NCBI GenBank assembly: GCA_965202585.1
Contig: OZ241833.1
Location: 44,392,001 to 44,456,000 of the forward strand
Source of the DNA: Thalia democratica
Taxonomy: Eukaryota
Direction: 5' to 3'
DNA: 64,000 nt
The notes below the pieces were generated by a model. It was not told the origin of the DNA and searched no databases. It saw only the letters and a program-made list of their open reading frames with translations. Of this stretch, positions 61,996 to 64,000 are shown piece by piece; position 1 is the first letter of the stretch, and the number at the start of each line of letters is the position of its first letter. The position numbers and the translations under genes are program-made.

Positions 61996-64000
61996 TAGTT
62001 TTTAATTTATATACATATAGATACTTTTAATTTAAATCTAAAACAACATAAACTATGTTGATTTGCATAGTAATGAAGTAGTGGTAAAGCATTTTAAATA
62101 ATTTGTGGCTTCCGTAATTTGTTTGTATATTTATAGTCACAAATCCTAAGTCCTGTGCTCCTAAATTCAATCTTAATTTCAACAATGCCTACTTTGTATG
62201 TGTTGACTGGTAGTAACGTAGTTCATGAAAAGTTAAAACTGTTTTTACGAAATCTATACGTAAATACTAATTGTAATAAAGACTTTACAAGATTTTATTG
62301 TCAAGTATGTAAAACCTTAAAAGCCTTTAAATCCAAATTTGTTTTAAAATATCAAAACTTAATCAAATTTATAAACCAATGATTGCAGTTTTTTAAGGTT
62401 TATAATTTTCTTTAAAACTTTAGTAGCCGTTTTTTTAAATTTTTGTATTGGTCTAAACATTTATTTCAAGCTAAAATCTCTCAATAAAAAATGTTATACT
62501 TTTTTATATTGCGAAACTTTTTATAGATATTTAGTCATTAGTTTGTATTATTATTTCCAAGAAGGTATTTCATAATAGTTTTGTATCTATTTATCATTTA
62601 AATCAAGATTTAAAGTGTTTTTAAGCTTTCATGTTATAAAATTTTGTAGCGTTTTTATTGGTTAGTTTTAGTGCCTCTTACTTTTGCTCTTGTTTTATTA
62701 TTTCGTTACTTTTTAATGCTAGCTAAATGCAAATTTTCTTTTGTGTAAAACTTTTAAACTATATTAGTTTTTATAAGTAAATAAGTAATATTTTATTGCT
62801 TTGCCAAACATGTGTTAAACTATCTTAATCAAATTTAGTTTTATTGCTAGTAGATCTCAAAAGCATGTGTTACATTTCATTATTTAATTCAAACTTTGCA
62901 AATTTTTTTTATCACTGTCAGTATTAACAGTATATTTTGAATCTGTGAGTTTTGAATTCAAATTTACATTTTATAGTTTTAGCTTGTTTTTTTTTAAATA
63001 CAACATTAAATTTTATTAAGTTTAAATTTTTTTAACCTTTGAATTTGTTAAAGTGTTCAAAAAGTAAAAGATTTTTAAAAACATAATATAAATATAAACT
63101 CTTACATTGTACGTAATCACATTTGTGCTTAAACTGTTTTATTTTGTACATTATTTATAAGAGTGGATTGCTGTTATTTCAACAAGTTACAAAAAAAAAG
63201 TTGATAACAAATTAACACAAGCGTTAATAAGCTGAATACTATTATTTTATATCAAAATTGATAATATCTTAAAATATTTTTACTACTTAAGCTTTTGATA
63301 TACTTTCAAAAATATTCAAATATTATTTTATTGTAAATTTAACAGTTAAACATTTTTATGCAGAAAATCAAATAATATGTAATTGAGATAAAGTAAAACA
63401 TAAATATATTTATTTTAAACTCTACTTTTGAACAAAAATTGTCATTAAAACTTACTTCAAACTCAAACATTACAATAAAATCGCAATTTATACTTTACTA
63501 AAACAAGTTGTAAATTAATTTCAAACAATTTTTCTATATATTTGCAAAATCAACCTATAAATTTTATTGAAATTCTTAATTATAAAGTAATTTTTTTTCG
63601 TAATATCATTAACATAAACACTCTACATGTAAAATTATACCATAAAAATATTTAGTATACTCGTTTTTTAAAAGTTTTTGTCAACTGGTTGTAAATTTTT
63701 ACTGAACGAAAGTTATTGTAATGGACAGCTTTGTTTAAAAACTACACATCAAGTTATACAAACTTATAATTACATTGAAATTAAAAAGCTTTGTATAATG
63801 TTAAGATGTTTTTTTCTGAATGCTTAATTATTTTAAAACAAATATTTTATAAAAGAAGCATTTGAACAGCTAATAGGTTAACCTTATGATATCTACTAAC
63901 TTTCAATCAAGCTTTTTTAAAGACCAAGTTGTTTCAAAACGATCTATCAAAATTATTAAGCTACTAATATAAAATAAAGTTTCACCATATATGAAACCAT

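Noticed and set aside
31236-62382. Numerous 60-100-aa AT-rich ORFs (e.g. 31236-31469, 41213-41449, 44699-44887, 58112-58297, 62155-62382)
   Set aside because: F/L/K/I/N-rich translations of intronic or intergenic AT-rich DNA with no motifs or splice support.
1-64000. tRNA, rRNA, CRISPR arrays, prokaryotic operons, transposase or reverse transcriptase ORFs
   Set aside because: None seen. The window is intron-rich eukaryotic DNA and the repeats lack a repeat-spacer structure.

Overview
Eukaryotic (metazoan) genomic DNA with very AT-rich introns and GC-richer exons. An invertebrate chordate such as an ascidian is plausible, but that is inference only. Most short ORFs in the track are single exons or antisense shadows. 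(1) 2628-35998 (-): one 54-coding-exon gene that I could splice by hand with consistent phases (13,473 nt, about 4,490 aa). It encodes a secreted VWF/gel-forming-mucin-family protein with an unusual layout: signal peptide, ~375-aa Gln/Gly/Ser/His/Trp low-complexity region, 4xEGF-FN2-chitin-binding(CBM14)-EGF, VWD1-3 assemblies, a very short Thr/Pro linker, VWD4, a duplicated VWC-like cassette, an intact 11-Cys cystine knot, and only then a ~1,050-aa Thr-rich domain with 21 EEESGSGSG glycosaminoglycan-attachment-like motifs, a CysD domain and a ~150-aa acidic helical tail. (2) 42520-43631 (+): an unannotated 3-exon small secreted cationic Cys-containing peptide gene, head-to-head with the mucin. 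(3) 47266-47353 (-): a decayed RPS20 fragment. (4) 49996-51216 (+): intronless GLMP/NCU-G1-like lysosomal membrane protein. (5) 54811-61995 (+): 8-exon phosphorylase kinase gamma subunit. There are also several MITE-like elements and local repeats. Two window-wide patterns stand out: degenerate 'echo' copies of exon edges plus their splice sites in adjacent introns (at least 9 exon edges in two unrelated genes), and a strong bias to T at +3 of splice donors (36 of 53 mucin introns).
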